From an uncultured Clostridium sp. (GTDB lineage Bacteria > Bacillota > Clostridia > TANB77 > CAG-508): 64,000 nt of DNA. Every line of letters begins with the position of its first letter. The first letter of the stretch is position 1. Shown here one piece after another: positions 30,501 through 42,798 of the stretch. The notes beneath the pieces are model-generated. The model was not told the DNA's origin. It did no database searches and saw nothing but the letters and a program-made list of their open reading frames with translations. The DNA lies in assembly GCA_947648495.1 (NCBI GenBank), contig CANSOA010000003.1:141256-205255 (forward strand), written 5' to 3'. The position numbers were made by a program, and so were the translations under genes.

Positions 30501-32795
30501 CTATTCTACAATTTCCAACCCTGCAAACTTTGCCATTAATCTTTTATGTCCTGCTTTTTCAAATTGAATATCTACTTTCAAGTCGTCTCCTTCTGATTCA
30601 ACAGAATTAATTCTGCCTTCACCAAATTTTTTGTGATATACTTTAACACCTGCTTGATAGGCATCTAAATCAATATTATTTTCTGGCTTATTTAAATTAG
30701 CCAAAAAACTTTCCGCACTCTTAAATCCATAACTTGACGCAGTCACTTTTTTAGGAATTGGATTACTTTTATGAGATGTTATTGTACTGCTAAACAATCC
30801 ACTATTGTCCGATTTTCCATAATTCCATTCGTATTTGCTGTCGTCAAATTTATTATAATTACTTTTTTCTAACTCATCATAACCATCCAGCATATTGAAT
30901 GGAATCTCTTTGATAAATCTGGAAATTGCATTAAAACTTGTGGAACCAAAAATAGTTCTTTGTTTAGCACACGTCATAAATAATTTCTCTTTTGCACGTG
31001 TAATTCCAACGTAACACAATCTGCGCTCTTCTTCTAATTCTTTTGGCTCTCCAATGGATTTATAACCCGGAAAAATTCCCTCTTCCATGCCAACTAAAAA
31101 TACGGTTGGAAATTCCAGTCCTTTTGCACTATGTAATGTCATCAATGTAACAGATTGTTCTGTTTCTTCCATGTTATCTAAATCGGAACTTAGCGTAATT
31201 CCTTCTAAAAATTCTGTTAATGAATTATCGACAGATTGTTCTTCAAATTCGATGGCAACAGTTAAAAATTCTTCTAAGTTTTGAATTCTATTTTCTGCTT
31301 CAATTGTATTTTCGTCTTTTAAACTTTGCATATAACCTGTTTTTTTCAAAGTATCTTTTATTAATTCTGAAATAACTTTTGAATCTTTGCTATCGCGTAA
31401 TTCTTCTATGCTTTGAATGAATTCACGTGTATTAGAAAATACACGATTTAGACCAAATTCATCTGCTCGTTTAATGACTTCATACATCGAAATTCCGTTA
31501 CGGCTGGCAACCTCCTCTACATTGTCTAAACTCGTTTTTCCAATGCCACGTTTTGGTTCATTAATAATTCTTGTTAAACTCAAATTATCTGAAAAGTTAT
31601 GAATTAATCTTAAATAGGCAATAATATCTTTAATTTCTTTTCTTTCATAGAATTTTAGCCCACCAATAATTTTATAGGGAATATTTTCTCTACGCAAAAT
31701 ATCTTCAATACTACGTGATTGGGTATTCATTCGATACAATATCGCAAAATCAGAATAGTTATAATATTCATTTCGGCGCAAAGCGTTTATTTCACTAATA
31801 ATATAATTTGCTTCATCATACTCATTTTCTGCTCGATAAACTTTTGGTAAACTTCCAGGTTCATTGCTGGTCCACAATTTCTTTTCATATTTGGTTTCAT
31901 TGTTTTTGATAACTTCATTGGCTACATTTAAAACATTTTGTGTGCATCTGTAGTTTTGTTCTAATTTTATAATTCTTGTGCCTGGAAAATCTCTTTCAAA
32001 ATTCAAAATATTGGCAATATCGGCTCCTCTGAAAGAATAAATTCCTTGATCATTATCTCCTACAACTGTAATATTCCCAAATTTGCTAGCAAGCAACGTT
32101 ACTAATGTAAATTGTGCCTTATTCGTATCTTGATATTCATCTACTAAAACATATTTAAATTTATCAGAATAAAACTCCAAAATGTCTGGATTATCTAGTA
32201 ATATTTCAATTGTGAAATTGATAATATCATCAAAATCAACCGCATTATTTTCTTTTAAACGTTTTTGATAAATGCTGTAAATTTCGCCAATTTTCTCTTT
32301 TCTAAAATCATTGTTATAACGCGCCATATATTGCGCTGGTGTTAACATTTCATTTTTCGCATTGCTGATTTCGTAAAGAACAGATTTATCCGTAAAAATT
32401 TTATCGTCTAAATTCTGCTCTTTTAATATTTTTTTCACCATTGTTTTTTGGTCAGATGTATCAAAAATTACGAAAGAATTATCAAATCCAATTCGATCAA
32501 TCGTTTTCCTTAAAATTCGTACACAAATAGAGTGAAATGTACCCATCCAAATGTCATTAGCCGTTTCTCCAATTAAATTTTTTACTCTTTCTTTCATTTC
32601 ATTTGCCGCTTTGTTTGTGAAAGTAATGGCTAATATATTCCAAGGTTTTACGTTTTTTTCACTAATTAAATAAGCAATTTTATGCGTTAAAACTTTCGTT
32701 TTTCCACTTCCTGCACCTGCAATGACTAAACTTGGACCTTCTGTGTAAGTTACAGCTTCGTATTGTTTATCATTTAATTCATCTAATAATCCCAT
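30501..32795 (-). CDS. pcrA: ATP-dependent DNA helicase PcrA (UvrD family)
   Basis: 764 aa. AGAGSGKT, DEYQDTN, VGDNDQGIYSFRGA, TLHSAKGLEF, VGITRAKE motifs. Confidence 0.9.
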   Translation of the reverse strand: MGLLDELNDKQYEAVTYTEGPSLVIAGAGSGKTKVLTHKIAYLISEKNVKPWNILAITFTNKAANEMKERVKNLIGETANDIWMGTFHSICVRILRKTIDRIGFDNSFVIFDTSDQKTMVKKILKEQNLDDKIFTDKSVLYEISNAKNEMLTPAQYMARYNNDFRKEKIGEIYSIYQKRLKENNAVDFDDIINFTIEILLDNPDILEFYSDKFKYVLVDEYQDTNKAQFTLVTLLASKFGNITVVGDNDQGIYSFRGADIANILNFERDFPGTRIIKLEQNYRCTQNVLNVANEVIKNNETKYEKKLWTSNEPGSLPKVYRAENEYDEANYIISEINALRRNEYYNYSDFAILYRMNTQSRSIEDILRRENIPYKIIGGLKFYERKEIKDIIAYLRLIHNFSDNLSLTRIINEPKRGIGKTSLDNVEEVASRNGISMYEVIKRADEFGLNRVFSNTREFIQSIEELRDSKDSKVISELIKDTLKKTGYMQSLKDENTIEAENRIQNLEEFLTVAIEFEEQSVDNSLTEFLEGITLSSDLDNMEETEQSVTLMTLHSAKGLEFPTVFLVGMEEGIFPGYKSIGEPKELEEERRLCYVGITRAKEKLFMTCAKQRTIFGSTSFNAISRFIKEIPFNMLDGYDELEKSNYNKFDDSKYEWNYGKSDNSGLFSSTITSHKSNPIPKKVTASSYGFKSAESFLANLNKPENNIDLDAYQAGVKVYHKKFGEGRINSVESEGDDLKVDIQFEKAGHKRLMAKFAGLEIVE

Positions 32796-32955
32796 TTTTG
32801 CTCCTCTTTTTTCGTATTTTTATAAAACTTATGTTTGTCTTATTATATCATTTTTTGGAGAATTGTCAAGAATAAAAACGCATATTTAACTTAAATTATA
32901 TATTAAAAATACACCTCCAATTTTTTTGAGGTGTATTTTATATTTTGATTTATTT

Positions 32956-35394
32956 TTATTCTTGACCCTCTTCTTCAGGCTCTAAAGTTGCCATTCCTAC
33001 AACTTTCCCATCATTGGTCCTCATTAAAGTAACACCTTGGGTAAATCTTCCTAAAATGCTAATTTCTGAAACTTTTAGGCGAATAATTGTACCTGTATCA
33101 GTAACTAACATTACATCTTCATCACCATTTACAATTTTTATACCTACAATATCACCTGTTTTTGGCGTTATTTTATAAGAAATAACCCCTTTTCCGCCTC
33201 TACCTTGAACTTTATATTCATCCAAATCGGTTCTTTTTCCAAATCCATTTTCTGTGATGGCAAGTAACGTTGCTTTCCCTCCTCTGATAATTGGCTCCAT
33301 TCCGATTACCTCGTCTAACTCGTCTAAACGCATAGCAATCACGCCTTTTGCGCCTCTACTTAGTGGTCTAACGTCTTTTTCATCAAAGGTAATACATTTT
33401 CCTTTTTTTGAAACAAGAACGACATTGTCCTCTCCATCTGTTAATCTAACATCAATTAGAGCGTCTCCTTCTCTTAATGTAATACCCATTAAACCAATTT
33501 TTCGATTGGTATCATATTCTTTTAAAGCAGTCTTTTTAATCATTCCATTTTTAGTTGCCATTAAAATATATTTTCCTTCGGCAAAATTCTGGATTGGAAT
33601 CGTAGCTGATATTTTTTCATCCGATTCTAAATTTAGTAAATTTACAATCGCTGTTCCTTTAGCCGTTCTGCTTGCTTCTGGCACCTCGTACCCACGTAAT
33701 CTGTACATTTTACCTTTGTTACTGAAGAATAAAATCGTATCATGAGTCGATGTTGTGAAAATTTCTTTGACAAAATCCTCTTCTCTCGTTGTCATACCCA
33801 TAATTCCTCTTCCGCCTCTTTTTTGACTTTTATAGGTATCCACTGGAACTCTTTTGATATATCCAAAATTAGTTAATGCTACAACAGTTTGCTCTTCTCT
33901 AATTAAATCTTCTACATCAATTTCACCTTCTGCTGCTACAATTTTTGTCAATCTTTCGTCACCAAATTTCTGCTTGATTTCAAGTAATTCTTCTTTTATC
34001 ATGTTAAATACTAATGTTTCACTTGCTAAAATCTCTTTTAAATGGGCAATCAATTTCATTAGTTCTGCATATTCTTCTTCTATTTTTTCACGTTGCAAAC
34101 CTGATAGCCTTTTCAATTGCATATCCAAAATAGCTTGTGCTTGAATATCAGAAAGACCAAATCGTTCCATTAATTTTTCTTTGGCATCGTCATAGGCTGA
34201 ACGAATAATATTGATTACTTCGTCAATATTATCAATTGCAATACGCAATCCTTCTAAAATATGTGCTCTTGCTTCTGCTTTATCCAATTCAAATTGCGTT
34301 CTACGTAAAATAACACCTTTTCTGTGTTTAATGAACTCATCCAAACATTGTCTTAATGTTAGAATTTTAGGTTCTCCATCTACTAAAGCAAGCATGATAA
34401 CTCCAAAAGAATCTTGCATAGCTGTATGTTTATACAATTGATTTAAAGTAACTTGTGGTCTTGCATCTCTTTTTAACTCGATTACAATTCTTACTTTTTC
34501 TTGTCTATCTGATTCATCTCTGATATCCGAGATTCCATCTATTCTTTTATCTCGCACTAAAGCTGCAATATTCTCTATTAATTTTGCTTTATTTACTTGA
34601 TATGGCAAAGATGTAACTACAATTCTCTGTCTATTCCCTGACATTTCTTCAATTTCAGATTCAGCTCTTAAGACAATTTTTCCACGACCTGTTGTATAGG
34701 CATCTTTGATGCCTTCTTTTCCTAAAATCATAGCTCCTGTTGGAAAGTCTGGTCCTTTGATAACTTTCATCAAATCTTCGTCTGTTACATTATCTTCATC
34801 AATTATTTTTATAATTCCATCAACAATTTCATTTAGATTATGTGGCGGAATATTGGTTGCCATACCAACTGCAATTCCTGATGAGCCATTGATTAATAAG
34901 GTTGGAACTTTTGTTGGTAACACCGTTGGTTCTTGTAATCTATCATCGTAGTTTGGCATGAAATCAACCGTGTTTTTTTCGATATCCGCTAGCATTTGCT
35001 CAGAAATTTTCGCCATCCTAGCTTCAGTATACCTCATAGCTGCGGCAGTATCCCCATCGACTGAACCAAAGTTTCCGTGCCCATCAATTAACATATAACG
35101 CATTGAAAAATCCTGTGCCAATCTTACCATTGCATCATAAACTGAGCTATCGCCATGTGGGTGATATCTTCCTAAAACAGAACCTACTGTATTGGCGCAT
35201 TTTCTATATGGCTTGTCCGAAGTAATACCATCTTCATGCATGGAATATAAAATTCTTCTATGTACTGGTTTTAAACCATCTCGAACATCTGGCAAAGCAC
35301 GAGAAACAATAACGCTCATGGCATAATCAATATAGGCTGTTTTCATCTCTTCTTCAATATTTCTCTCAACAATATTTTCCTCTTGTCTATCCAT
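32956..35394 (-). CDS. gyrA: DNA gyrase subunit A
   Basis: 812 aa. [33 protein letters not shown], and GyrA-box-like QKRGGRG in the C-terminal beta-pinwheel region. Confidence 0.9.
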   Translation of the reverse strand: MDRQEENIVERNIEEEMKTAYIDYAMSVIVSRALPDVRDGLKPVHRRILYSMHEDGITSDKPYRKCANTVGSVLGRYHPHGDSSVYDAMVRLAQDFSMRYMLIDGHGNFGSVDGDTAAAMRYTEARMAKISEQMLADIEKNTVDFMPNYDDRLQEPTVLPTKVPTLLINGSSGIAVGMATNIPPHNLNEIVDGIIKIIDEDNVTDEDLMKVIKGPDFPTGAMILGKEGIKDAYTTGRGKIVLRAESEIEEMSGNRQRIVVTSLPYQVNKAKLIENIAALVRDKRIDGISDIRDESDRQEKVRIVIELKRDARPQVTLNQLYKHTAMQDSFGVIMLALVDGEPKILTLRQCLDEFIKHRKGVILRRTQFELDKAEARAHILEGLRIAIDNIDEVINIIRSAYDDAKEKLMERFGLSDIQAQAILDMQLKRLSGLQREKIEEEYAELMKLIAHLKEILASETLVFNMIKEELLEIKQKFGDERLTKIVAAEGEIDVEDLIREEQTVVALTNFGYIKRVPVDTYKSQKRGGRGIMGMTTREEDFVKEIFTTSTHDTILFFSNKGKMYRLRGYEVPEASRTAKGTAIVNLLNLESDEKISATIPIQNFAEGKYILMATKNGMIKKTALKEYDTNRKIGLMGITLREGDALIDVRLTDGEDNVVLVSKKGKCITFDEKDVRPLSRGAKGVIAMRLDELDEVIGMEPIIRGGKATLLAITENGFGKRTDLDEYKVQGRGGKGVISYKITPKTGDIVGIKIVNGDEDVMLVTDTGTIIRLKVSEISILGRFTQGVTLMRTNDGKVVGMATLEPEEEGQE

Positions 35395-35579
35395 TTTTTC
35401 CCTCTTTTCTTTTTTATTTTATAGGATTATTATATAAAAATATTTTGAAAAATGCAAGGAATTTTGGAAAAATTTATTAATCTGATAAACATATCTTTGT
35501 TTAATTTTTATCTATTGTCTCCTTAAAAAATATTCAAGTTTTTTCGTATAAACTGTCAATATTTCTTTGCTATCCTTTA

Positions 35580-36630
35580 TTACTTTATAGAATAAATCTT
35601 CCTATAAATCTTCTCATATTCTCTTTTTATCTCTCTTTTATATACACTTTTATTAATCATCAAGTTATAGCTATCCATATATTTCATTTTTCCAATAAAC
35701 TTTATCTCTGGGAATAATTCTTCTAAAATTGCATCCGAAATTTGATACATATTACTTTTGTTTAGTATTATTTTTATTTTTGAACTTGCTATTTTCCAAT
35801 CATTTTCTAGTACTTCTAACATATTTTTGGATTTTTTTACGCCTAAGATATTAGGCTCCAGAAGAAATAATATTTCATTGCTATTATAAAATATTCTTTT
35901 TGTATATTCATTTTCTAGTTTTGACGATGTATCAATAATAATAAAATTATATTCCTCTTTCAATTGATTAATGATTTCCTGAATTTTAATATAATTTATT
36001 TCATCTTTATTTGAAAATAAATAATCCATATGACATAAAACATCGAAATTTTTTGTAACATTTATTGCTAAATCTCTTATATTATTTGTATATTGTGGCT
36101 GTTTTTTTATTTTGAGTAATGTTCTAATTTGACTTTCCTCTAAATCAAAATCAATTAGCAATATTTTCATATTTCTATCTTCCACATTTTTAGCAAGAAA
36201 AGTGGAAAACGCACTTTTTCCGAACCCCACTCGCTCCAGAAATTGCAACTACCTTTGAATTACATTTTTGCATATTTTTCTGTATTGTTTTTTGAAAAAT
36301 CTTTTCTATAAATTTCCAATCTACTTCTAAACTTGTATATATTTTTAAATTATCATCTTCTTTTAAAGTACCTTCTACCTTCTCTTCTTGAAAAAGAATT
36401 ATGAAAATATCTGTTTGTAGCTTTCTAATAATTCTTATAAATTCATCTACTTTATAATGTTTAATAATTTTACTACACAAAAATAAAAATGCAATTTCTT
36501 CTTCCCTTTCCAGCCATTCAATCAATTCTTCATCTTTGGCAATATCATTTGTTAAAATTTGATAACCCTCCATTTCCTTCAGATTTTTATTAAAAATTGG
36601 ATTTCCAATCGCTGTTAAAATTTTCTTCAC
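35580..36630 (-). CDS. ParA/MinD/CpaE-like ATPase with N-terminal receiver-like domain; reading-frame break at in-frame CGG (36220-36222)
   Basis: Upstream ORF ends ...VVAISGASGVRKK. The +1 frame continues GKSAFSTFLAKNV...KILLIDFDL. Removing the C gives the deviant Walker A GASGVGKS. Confidence 0.5.
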
Positions 36631-36640
36631 AAAATACCTC

Positions 36641-39047
36641 CTAAATGATTAAATTTTTTTCATATTCCGATGACTCAATTTTCGCTAAAATATGGTCTTC
36701 TCCTATAAACATTAAACTTTCGCCTCTTTTTAAAGACTTAATTTCAATTCTTTCTTTTTCTGAAACGTTTGCATATTTTTCTAAAACCAAAATATTTTCT
36801 TCTTCTAATGAAAAAAATGATTTAATACTGCAATTATTCAAAATTGCCTTCCCATAAGTTCCGTTTTCTAAACTAAATAAATCTGAAACATCTTGTGTTA
36901 TTGCAACTGCACTTCCTCCAAATTTTCGTATGGTTTTAAAAATCTTATAAATAAAACTTGCCACAAATCCACTTGACGTCACACCAATCAAACGCCAAAT
37001 TTCGTCTAAATAAATAGCTTTATTTTCAGAACGATTTTTCTTAATTTTGTCCCAAAAAATATCCGTAAACATATACATTCCATATTTCAAATTTTCTTCC
37101 CCTAAATCGTAAATATCTCCAATAATCAGCTTATTATCTAGCACAACATTTGTATGATGATTAAAAAACTTCAAAGAACCTTTGATAAACGGATATAATT
37201 TTAATTTAAAAAATTTATCCTTTTCATCTTCCAAAATATTGTACAAATCCTCTAAAATCGGCATTTCATCTGTTGTTTTAAACTGAGGAATAATTGTAAT
37301 TTTGCCATCTTGGGGTTTTTGATACAACGTTTCATCATCAAATGTAATACCCTTTTTTTCATACATTTGAATTAATTTTTCTTCTAAAATCGCTACTTTT
37401 TCTTCGTCCATTTCGCCAAAAATCAAACTAAAAAATCCCCTTAATTTCAGCAATTTACTACTCAAATATCCGTGCTCCATCTTCAATACTTTCTTCACGA
37501 ATATCCAAAATATTCAAATAAGTATTGGAGCTTGGACCTAATTTTATCAAAGTTCCATCTAAGCTTTGTGCTACTTTATTATATTCTCTTTCTGGGTCAA
37601 TGACATATTGCTCAATGCCAAGCAAACGATAGCGCAAAATTAGCAATTTAATATAAAACGATTTTCCAGCACCACTTGTACCAAACACGCACATATTTGC
37701 ATTTTTGTATTTATCTTTGTTAAATCGGTCAACTAAAATCATAGAATTATTGTAAAGATTACTTCCTAAAAAAATGCCATTTTCATCACACAAAGTAGAT
37801 GAAATAAATGGATAAGTTCCGTGCTAAACCTTGTGTTAAAATATTTCTCCTTGTAACTTCTTTTAAATCATTACTATTCTCCATAATTGGCAAACACGCT
37901 TGAAATGTTTGCTCTTGCCTAAAATTTGCTTTTTTTGTTACAAAACCAGAAGCTTGCAAAATCCCATCAATTTTTGCCAAACTTCTTTGCAATTCTTTTT
38001 CAGTTTCTGCCAATACAACGCAATAAGTATATAAATAATACAAGTCTTCATTGTTTACTTGCATCTCTTTTCTTATGTATTTTGCATCATTATATGAAAA
38101 TGCTGCTAAATCAATATCTTCTTTGTTCGTATTACCAAATTTCAAATCAACACCTGTATTTCCAATCGCATATGTCAAATCTTTAATACTCTTAAATGTA
38201 TCTTGCTTTTCATAAAAAATCGAAATATTGGCATTAACATTGCTATTAATAAGATTTCTAAAAATAATTTCATTATATTCTCTGTAATAATCTACAATTA
38301 ACAATCCTGCACAATATTTACCATTTATTTCCGCATATTTCGGATTTGCAAAATTAAGATAACTTGGCGCTAATTTATCTTTTAAATTTAGTGTACCACG
38401 TAAAAAATCTTCTATTTTTTCCACCTCTATTCTATTTGTATTTTTGGGATTTTACTTTATAAAAATATTTTTTATAAAAAAGAATGAAAAATATTTATAA
38501 TATCTTGTTTTGAATAAACTTCATCAACTGTGTTTCCACATCTGGTCAATGTTTCTTTTATTTTGAAATAACATTCGTTCAAATATTCGTAAGCTTTACT
38601 TTCTTCACTAAAAAAAACGTCTGCCTTTGCATTTAAAATATTTACTTTTTTCCTAATGATGATATAAAAATTTTTGGAAGATGAATTTTTTTCTTTGTTC
38701 ATCTGGGTTATAAAATCAATATAATTTTCTTGAATTTCTTGAATTTTTTCATTTGATTCTTTTACATTTTTAATCTGGGAAATGGTTTTAGAAATATCTT
38801 CTTTTTTACTTTGAATCAGTATTTGAATATCAAAATCACATGTCTTTAAAAAATTTTTATAGGAATTTAAAATTGATTCTTTCTCTAAATTAGATTTCAA
38901 ATCATAATTAATTGGATAAATTTTTAGAATTTTAATAAAATTATTCTTATAAAATAATAACCCACTTTCGTAAATATTCTCAAAAGGCAACCATTCTTGC
39001 GTAGTTTGCTCTTTTTTGAATTTCAAAATCTCCTCTCCTTTCTTCAA
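36641..39047 (-). pseudogene. VirB4/TraE/TcpF-like conjugative-transfer ATPase broken into 4 ORFs (38472-39047, 37786-38424, 37458-37793, 36641-37498)
   Basis: Pieces in order give a Firmicute-type VirB4 N-domain (LKDKLAPSYLNF...), Walker A GTSGAGKSF...VIDPEREY, then Walker B/C-terminal IYLDEIWRL...RKFGGSAVAITQ. Two junctions are at in-frame CGG (37819-37821, 37470-37472). The 38424-38472 junction is blocked in all frames. Confidence 0.6.
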
Positions 39048-39835
39048 AATTTTCTAAATAATACAACATATATTTACATTTGTCAATATATTTTTGCAAA
39101 TTTTTTAAAATTTTCTGAATATTTTTTCAAAATTCGACAATACTATGATTATAAGGTTTATATTAACCTAACTTAGAGTAATACGAGGTCAATTTTGGCT
39201 TTTTATTATTCGAGCTAAGATGTTATATAGCTGAAGCAATCCTTTGGTTATATAATGTCGGACGCAACCGAGTATATTATTTGTTTGTAAGCTATTTATC
39301 TTTTCGTTTTTTCGAGCCAATTAAATGGTTGAATAATAGGTAATATATTCCAAGTCATGATGATACTTGTATTTCGTCGTGGTTGTTAATAGTCTCATTT
39401 TGAGATGAATATGGCTACTGCAAGTGCATTTATTGTCTAGCAACTGATTAATATAGGTGGTATATAGGTTATTCTTATAGTGATATAAGTTAGCTTAGAC
39501 TATTATGTATATTAGTTTTAGCTGAAAGCTAATATAAGCTTTATCGATGAACCTAGCTTTAAGTGTATTCTTAAGCTAGGTTTCAATTTTTATGCTATTT
39601 TCATAATTTACAGGTACATTTTACTAAGCATTTTGAATAAAAAATATAACCGTTATATATTATTTTACTTACAATTATCAAATATAATTTCAACAAAAAA
39701 ACAGAAATAACCAAAATTATTTCTGTAATATCCCCTAACTTTTATTATATCATATTTATGCAAACTTGTCAATTGACAAATCATTAAAAATATGCTCTCA
39801 ATTGATTTTACTTAATTTGAGGTCTTTTCTTAGGT

Positions 39836-39853
39836 AAGAGTGTCCCCGTCCCC
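39836..39853 (-). repeat. Solo core copy (AAGAGTGTCCCCGTCCCC)
   Basis: Reverse complement of the GGGGACGGGGACACTCTT core. Confidence 0.8.
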
Positions 39854-40022
39854 AACTAAACCAACTTAACCATCTTCATTCTACAAAAATTTAAAATTTC
39901 TGCAAAACTTTTTATTTTTATCTTGACATCTGTAATTTTTTCTTGTACAATACATTTACTTTTTATCTCAAAAATTTATTTCCAAATAAAACTTCCACAA
40001 AATAAAATTTAATTAATAGGAG

Positions 40023-42611
40023 ATGATTATCATAAACTTTTTTTCAAAACGCAAAAAATATTTATCTAAAATAAGCGATTTTTTAAATAAAATTAACACT
40101 TATCAAAACCATTATATAACAGCAAAAACACAAAAGAATTTACTTAGAAAATACAAACCCGTTTATTATTTCTTCAAATTTCATTTTAAAAATAAAAAAA
40201 TTAGAAAATTCTTTAAACTCTATTCTAATTTAGAAAATCTCATAAAAGCGCAAAATAGCATTTATTTAAAAAATCAATTAAATAACTATGAAAACTTACT
40301 CAATAATATTGACGGAAAAAGCCTAGATTTGCAACAAAAAATGGCTGTCTTAAGTGAAGAAACCAACACTTTAGTCATTGCTGGTGCAGGAAGCGGAAAA
40401 ACACTAACCATCTCTGGAAAAGTAAAATATCTTATTGAATCCAAAAAAGCCAAACCAGACGAAATATTACTCATTTCTTTCACCGACAAAGCCGTCAAAG
40501 AAATGACTGAACGCCTACATAGAATTGATATTGAGGTACAAGCCAAAACCTTTCACAAACTTGGCTTAGACATTATAACAAACTTTCAACAAACACGTCC
40601 AAACATTGCCACAGGCGAATTTTTAGATAATATTATTTCCAACTACTTCAAAAAAGAAATTCTAAATTTTCCAAACCAAATCAAATACATTCTCGAATTT
40701 ATGACCGCCTATTTATACATTCCAGAAGACATTTCCAACTTTAAAAATCTTGGTGATTACATTGATAATTTCCGAAATATTGACTACGAAACCATTCAAA
40801 GCAAATATCTAAAATCCACACACAAAAATGATGAAAAATTCCATCAAAAAGTACGTCGTTTAGATGATTTAATCATTGCCAATTTTCTTTATTTAAACCA
40901 AATTAATTACCACTACGATTATTTATATCCATACAAAGCCGAAAATTCTTTTAAAAGGAACGTCAAAATGAACTTTTATCTTCCCGATTATGATTTATAC
41001 TTAGAACATTTTTCCATAGACGAAAAAGGCCGCTCCAAATTTTTAACCAAATATGAGGAACAAAAATATTTAGCACAAATAAATCTAAAGCGAAATTTAC
41101 ATTCTATCCACAATACAAAATTAATTGAAACATATTCTTATTACAATAAAGATAAAACTTTGCTTTCTAAACTAGAAAATTTACTTGTGGAAAAACAAGT
41201 AAATTTAAAACAAGCTAATTTGCAAGATATTTTTGAAAAAATTTATATTCTACAAAAAGATAAACAATTTGAAGAGTTTATCAAATTAATCACAACCTTC
41301 TTAAGTCTCTTTAAATCTAACAATTTGCAATTATCTGACATTGAAAAATTACTTGTGGAAAACCAAAATTTAAAGAACAATTTTTTAAAATTGCGCAATG
41401 AATTATTTTTAAAAATTTTTAGAAATTTTTTAGATTTTTATGAAAGTTCTTTAAATTTAACTGGAAAAATTGATTTCAATGACATGATAAATAAATCTAC
41501 GGAAATTATAAATCTAGGGTTTATCCACAGTGACTATCAATACATTATTATTGATGAATATCAAGATATTTCTGTTAGTCGTTTTAAATTAATTAAAGCT
41601 TTACAAAATAAAACAAATGCAAAAGTAATTTGCGTTGGAGACGATTGGCAGTCCATTTATCGTTTTTCTGGAAGCGATATTGACTTGTTTAGTAATTTTG
41701 AAAAATATTTTGGTCCTTCTCAATTTTTAAAAATTGAAAAGACTTATCGAAATTCACAAGAACTAATTGATATTGCAAGCGATTTTGTCACGCAAAATCC
41801 AAGTCAACTAACCAAAAATTTAAAATCTGATAAGCACATTGAAAATCCAATCAAAGTTATGACTTATTCTGAAAATATTGTGGAAGCTGTCGAAAATGCA
41901 ATTAAAGATATTATCATCGAATTTGGAGAAAAAGCAGAAATCTTATTACTTGGACGAACCAAATATGATATTTTCAGCATTTTAGAAAATAATGACAAAT
42001 TTAAAGCAAACGAGGATTTTTCTGAAATTATCTATCAAACCATTCCTACTTTAAAAATCTCATTTTTAACTATCCACAGGTCCAAAGGACTTGAAGCTGA
42101 CAATGTCATTTTGCTAAATATGCAAAATAACTTATTAGGTTTTCCCAATCGCATTTCCAGTGATCCTATTTTGTCGCTCGTTTTAGCCAATAAAGAAGAA
42201 TATTTATATGCTGAAGAAAGACGCTTATTTTACGTGGCTATTACACGCACCAAAAATCGAACCTATTTAATCGCACCCCAAATGCACTATTCGCAATTTT
42301 TAGAAGAGCTAATTTCTAATAATTCCATTGAAAAACCGCAAAATGAAGATAAACTTTCCATAGAAAGTCAACCAAAATGTCTAAAATGCGGAAAAGGACA
42401 TCTGGTTTTACGAACCAATAACGCTACCAATATGGATTTTTTAGGTTGTAGTAATTATCCACATTGCGATTTTGCAATTAATGACATAAATATTTTACAA
42501 AAACAAATTATTTGCAAAAAATGTGGTGGTTATATTATTCAAAAACATTCCTCCAACGGGGAATTTTATGCCTGTTCAAATTATCCGTTTTGTAAAAATG
42601 TAGAAAAATAA
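40023..42611 (+). CDS. UvrD/Rep-family SF1 helicase with two C-terminal topoisomerase-type C4 zinc ribbons
   Basis: 862 aa. AGAGSGKT, IIIDEYQDIS, VGDDWQSIYRFSG, LTIHRSKGLEAD, VAITRTKN. Then CLKCGKG...CSNYPHC and CKKCGG...CSNYPFC. Confidence 0.7.
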   Translation: MIIINFFSKRKKYLSKISDFLNKINTYQNHYITAKTQKNLLRKYKPVYYFFKFHFKNKKIRKFFKLYSNLENLIKAQNSIYLKNQLNNYENLLNNIDGKSLDLQQKMAVLSEETNTLVIAGAGSGKTLTISGKVKYLIESKKAKPDEILLISFTDKAVKEMTERLHRIDIEVQAKTFHKLGLDIITNFQQTRPNIATGEFLDNIISNYFKKEILNFPNQIKYILEFMTAYLYIPEDISNFKNLGDYIDNFRNIDYETIQSKYLKSTHKNDEKFHQKVRRLDDLIIANFLYLNQINYHYDYLYPYKAENSFKRNVKMNFYLPDYDLYLEHFSIDEKGRSKFLTKYEEQKYLAQINLKRNLHSIHNTKLIETYSYYNKDKTLLSKLENLLVEKQVNLKQANLQDIFEKIYILQKDKQFEEFIKLITTFLSLFKSNNLQLSDIEKLLVENQNLKNNFLKLRNELFLKIFRNFLDFYESSLNLTGKIDFNDMINKSTEIINLGFIHSDYQYIIIDEYQDISVSRFKLIKALQNKTNAKVICVGDDWQSIYRFSGSDIDLFSNFEKYFGPSQFLKIEKTYRNSQELIDIASDFVTQNPSQLTKNLKSDKHIENPIKVMTYSENIVEAVENAIKDIIIEFGEKAEILLLGRTKYDIFSILENNDKFKANEDFSEIIYQTIPTLKISFLTIHRSKGLEADNVILLNMQNNLLGFPNRISSDPILSLVLANKEEYLYAEERRLFYVAITRTKNRTYLIAPQMHYSQFLEELISNNSIEKPQNEDKLSIESQPKCLKCGKGHLVLRTNNATNMDFLGCSNYPHCDFAINDINILQKQIICKKCGGYIIQKHSSNGEFYACSNYPFCKNVEK

Positions 42612-42644
42612 AAAACTATCTAAGAGAAACCCAATATGTCTCTT

Positions 42645-42679
42645 CAGAGAAGTTTAAGCCCAGACTCTCTGTATTTTTT
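42645..42679 (+). terminator. Rho-independent terminator after the helicase gene
   Basis: CAGAGA...TCTCTG stem followed by TATTTTTT. Confidence 0.5.
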
Positions 42680-42754
42680 AAAATCTCTGGATAAATTTCT
42701 CCATTTTCTATAGCACGTGAACCAAAAATAATTATATTCTTATCTTAAAAATTC

Positions 42755-42798
42755 AAAAAAAATCTGTCAATTTGCAATAAAATTGACAGAAGTTTTTT
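42755..42798 (-). terminator. Terminator downstream of the DapB-like gene
   Basis: TCTGTCAATTTGCAATAAAATTGACAGA hairpin flanked by an A-run and a T-run. Confidence 0.6.

Noticed and set aside
38424-38472. Junction between VirB4 pieces 1 and 2 as a single-indel frameshift
   Set aside because: Stops occur in all three frames across this 48-nt AT-rich gap, so a single indel cannot fuse them. Treated as a larger lesion or a genuine break.
39150-39620. RNase P RNA, tmRNA, 6S RNA or group II intron
   Set aside because: None of the universal motifs (GGAAAGUCC/ACAGNRA for RNase P, tmRNA tag reading frame, intron domain V) are present.
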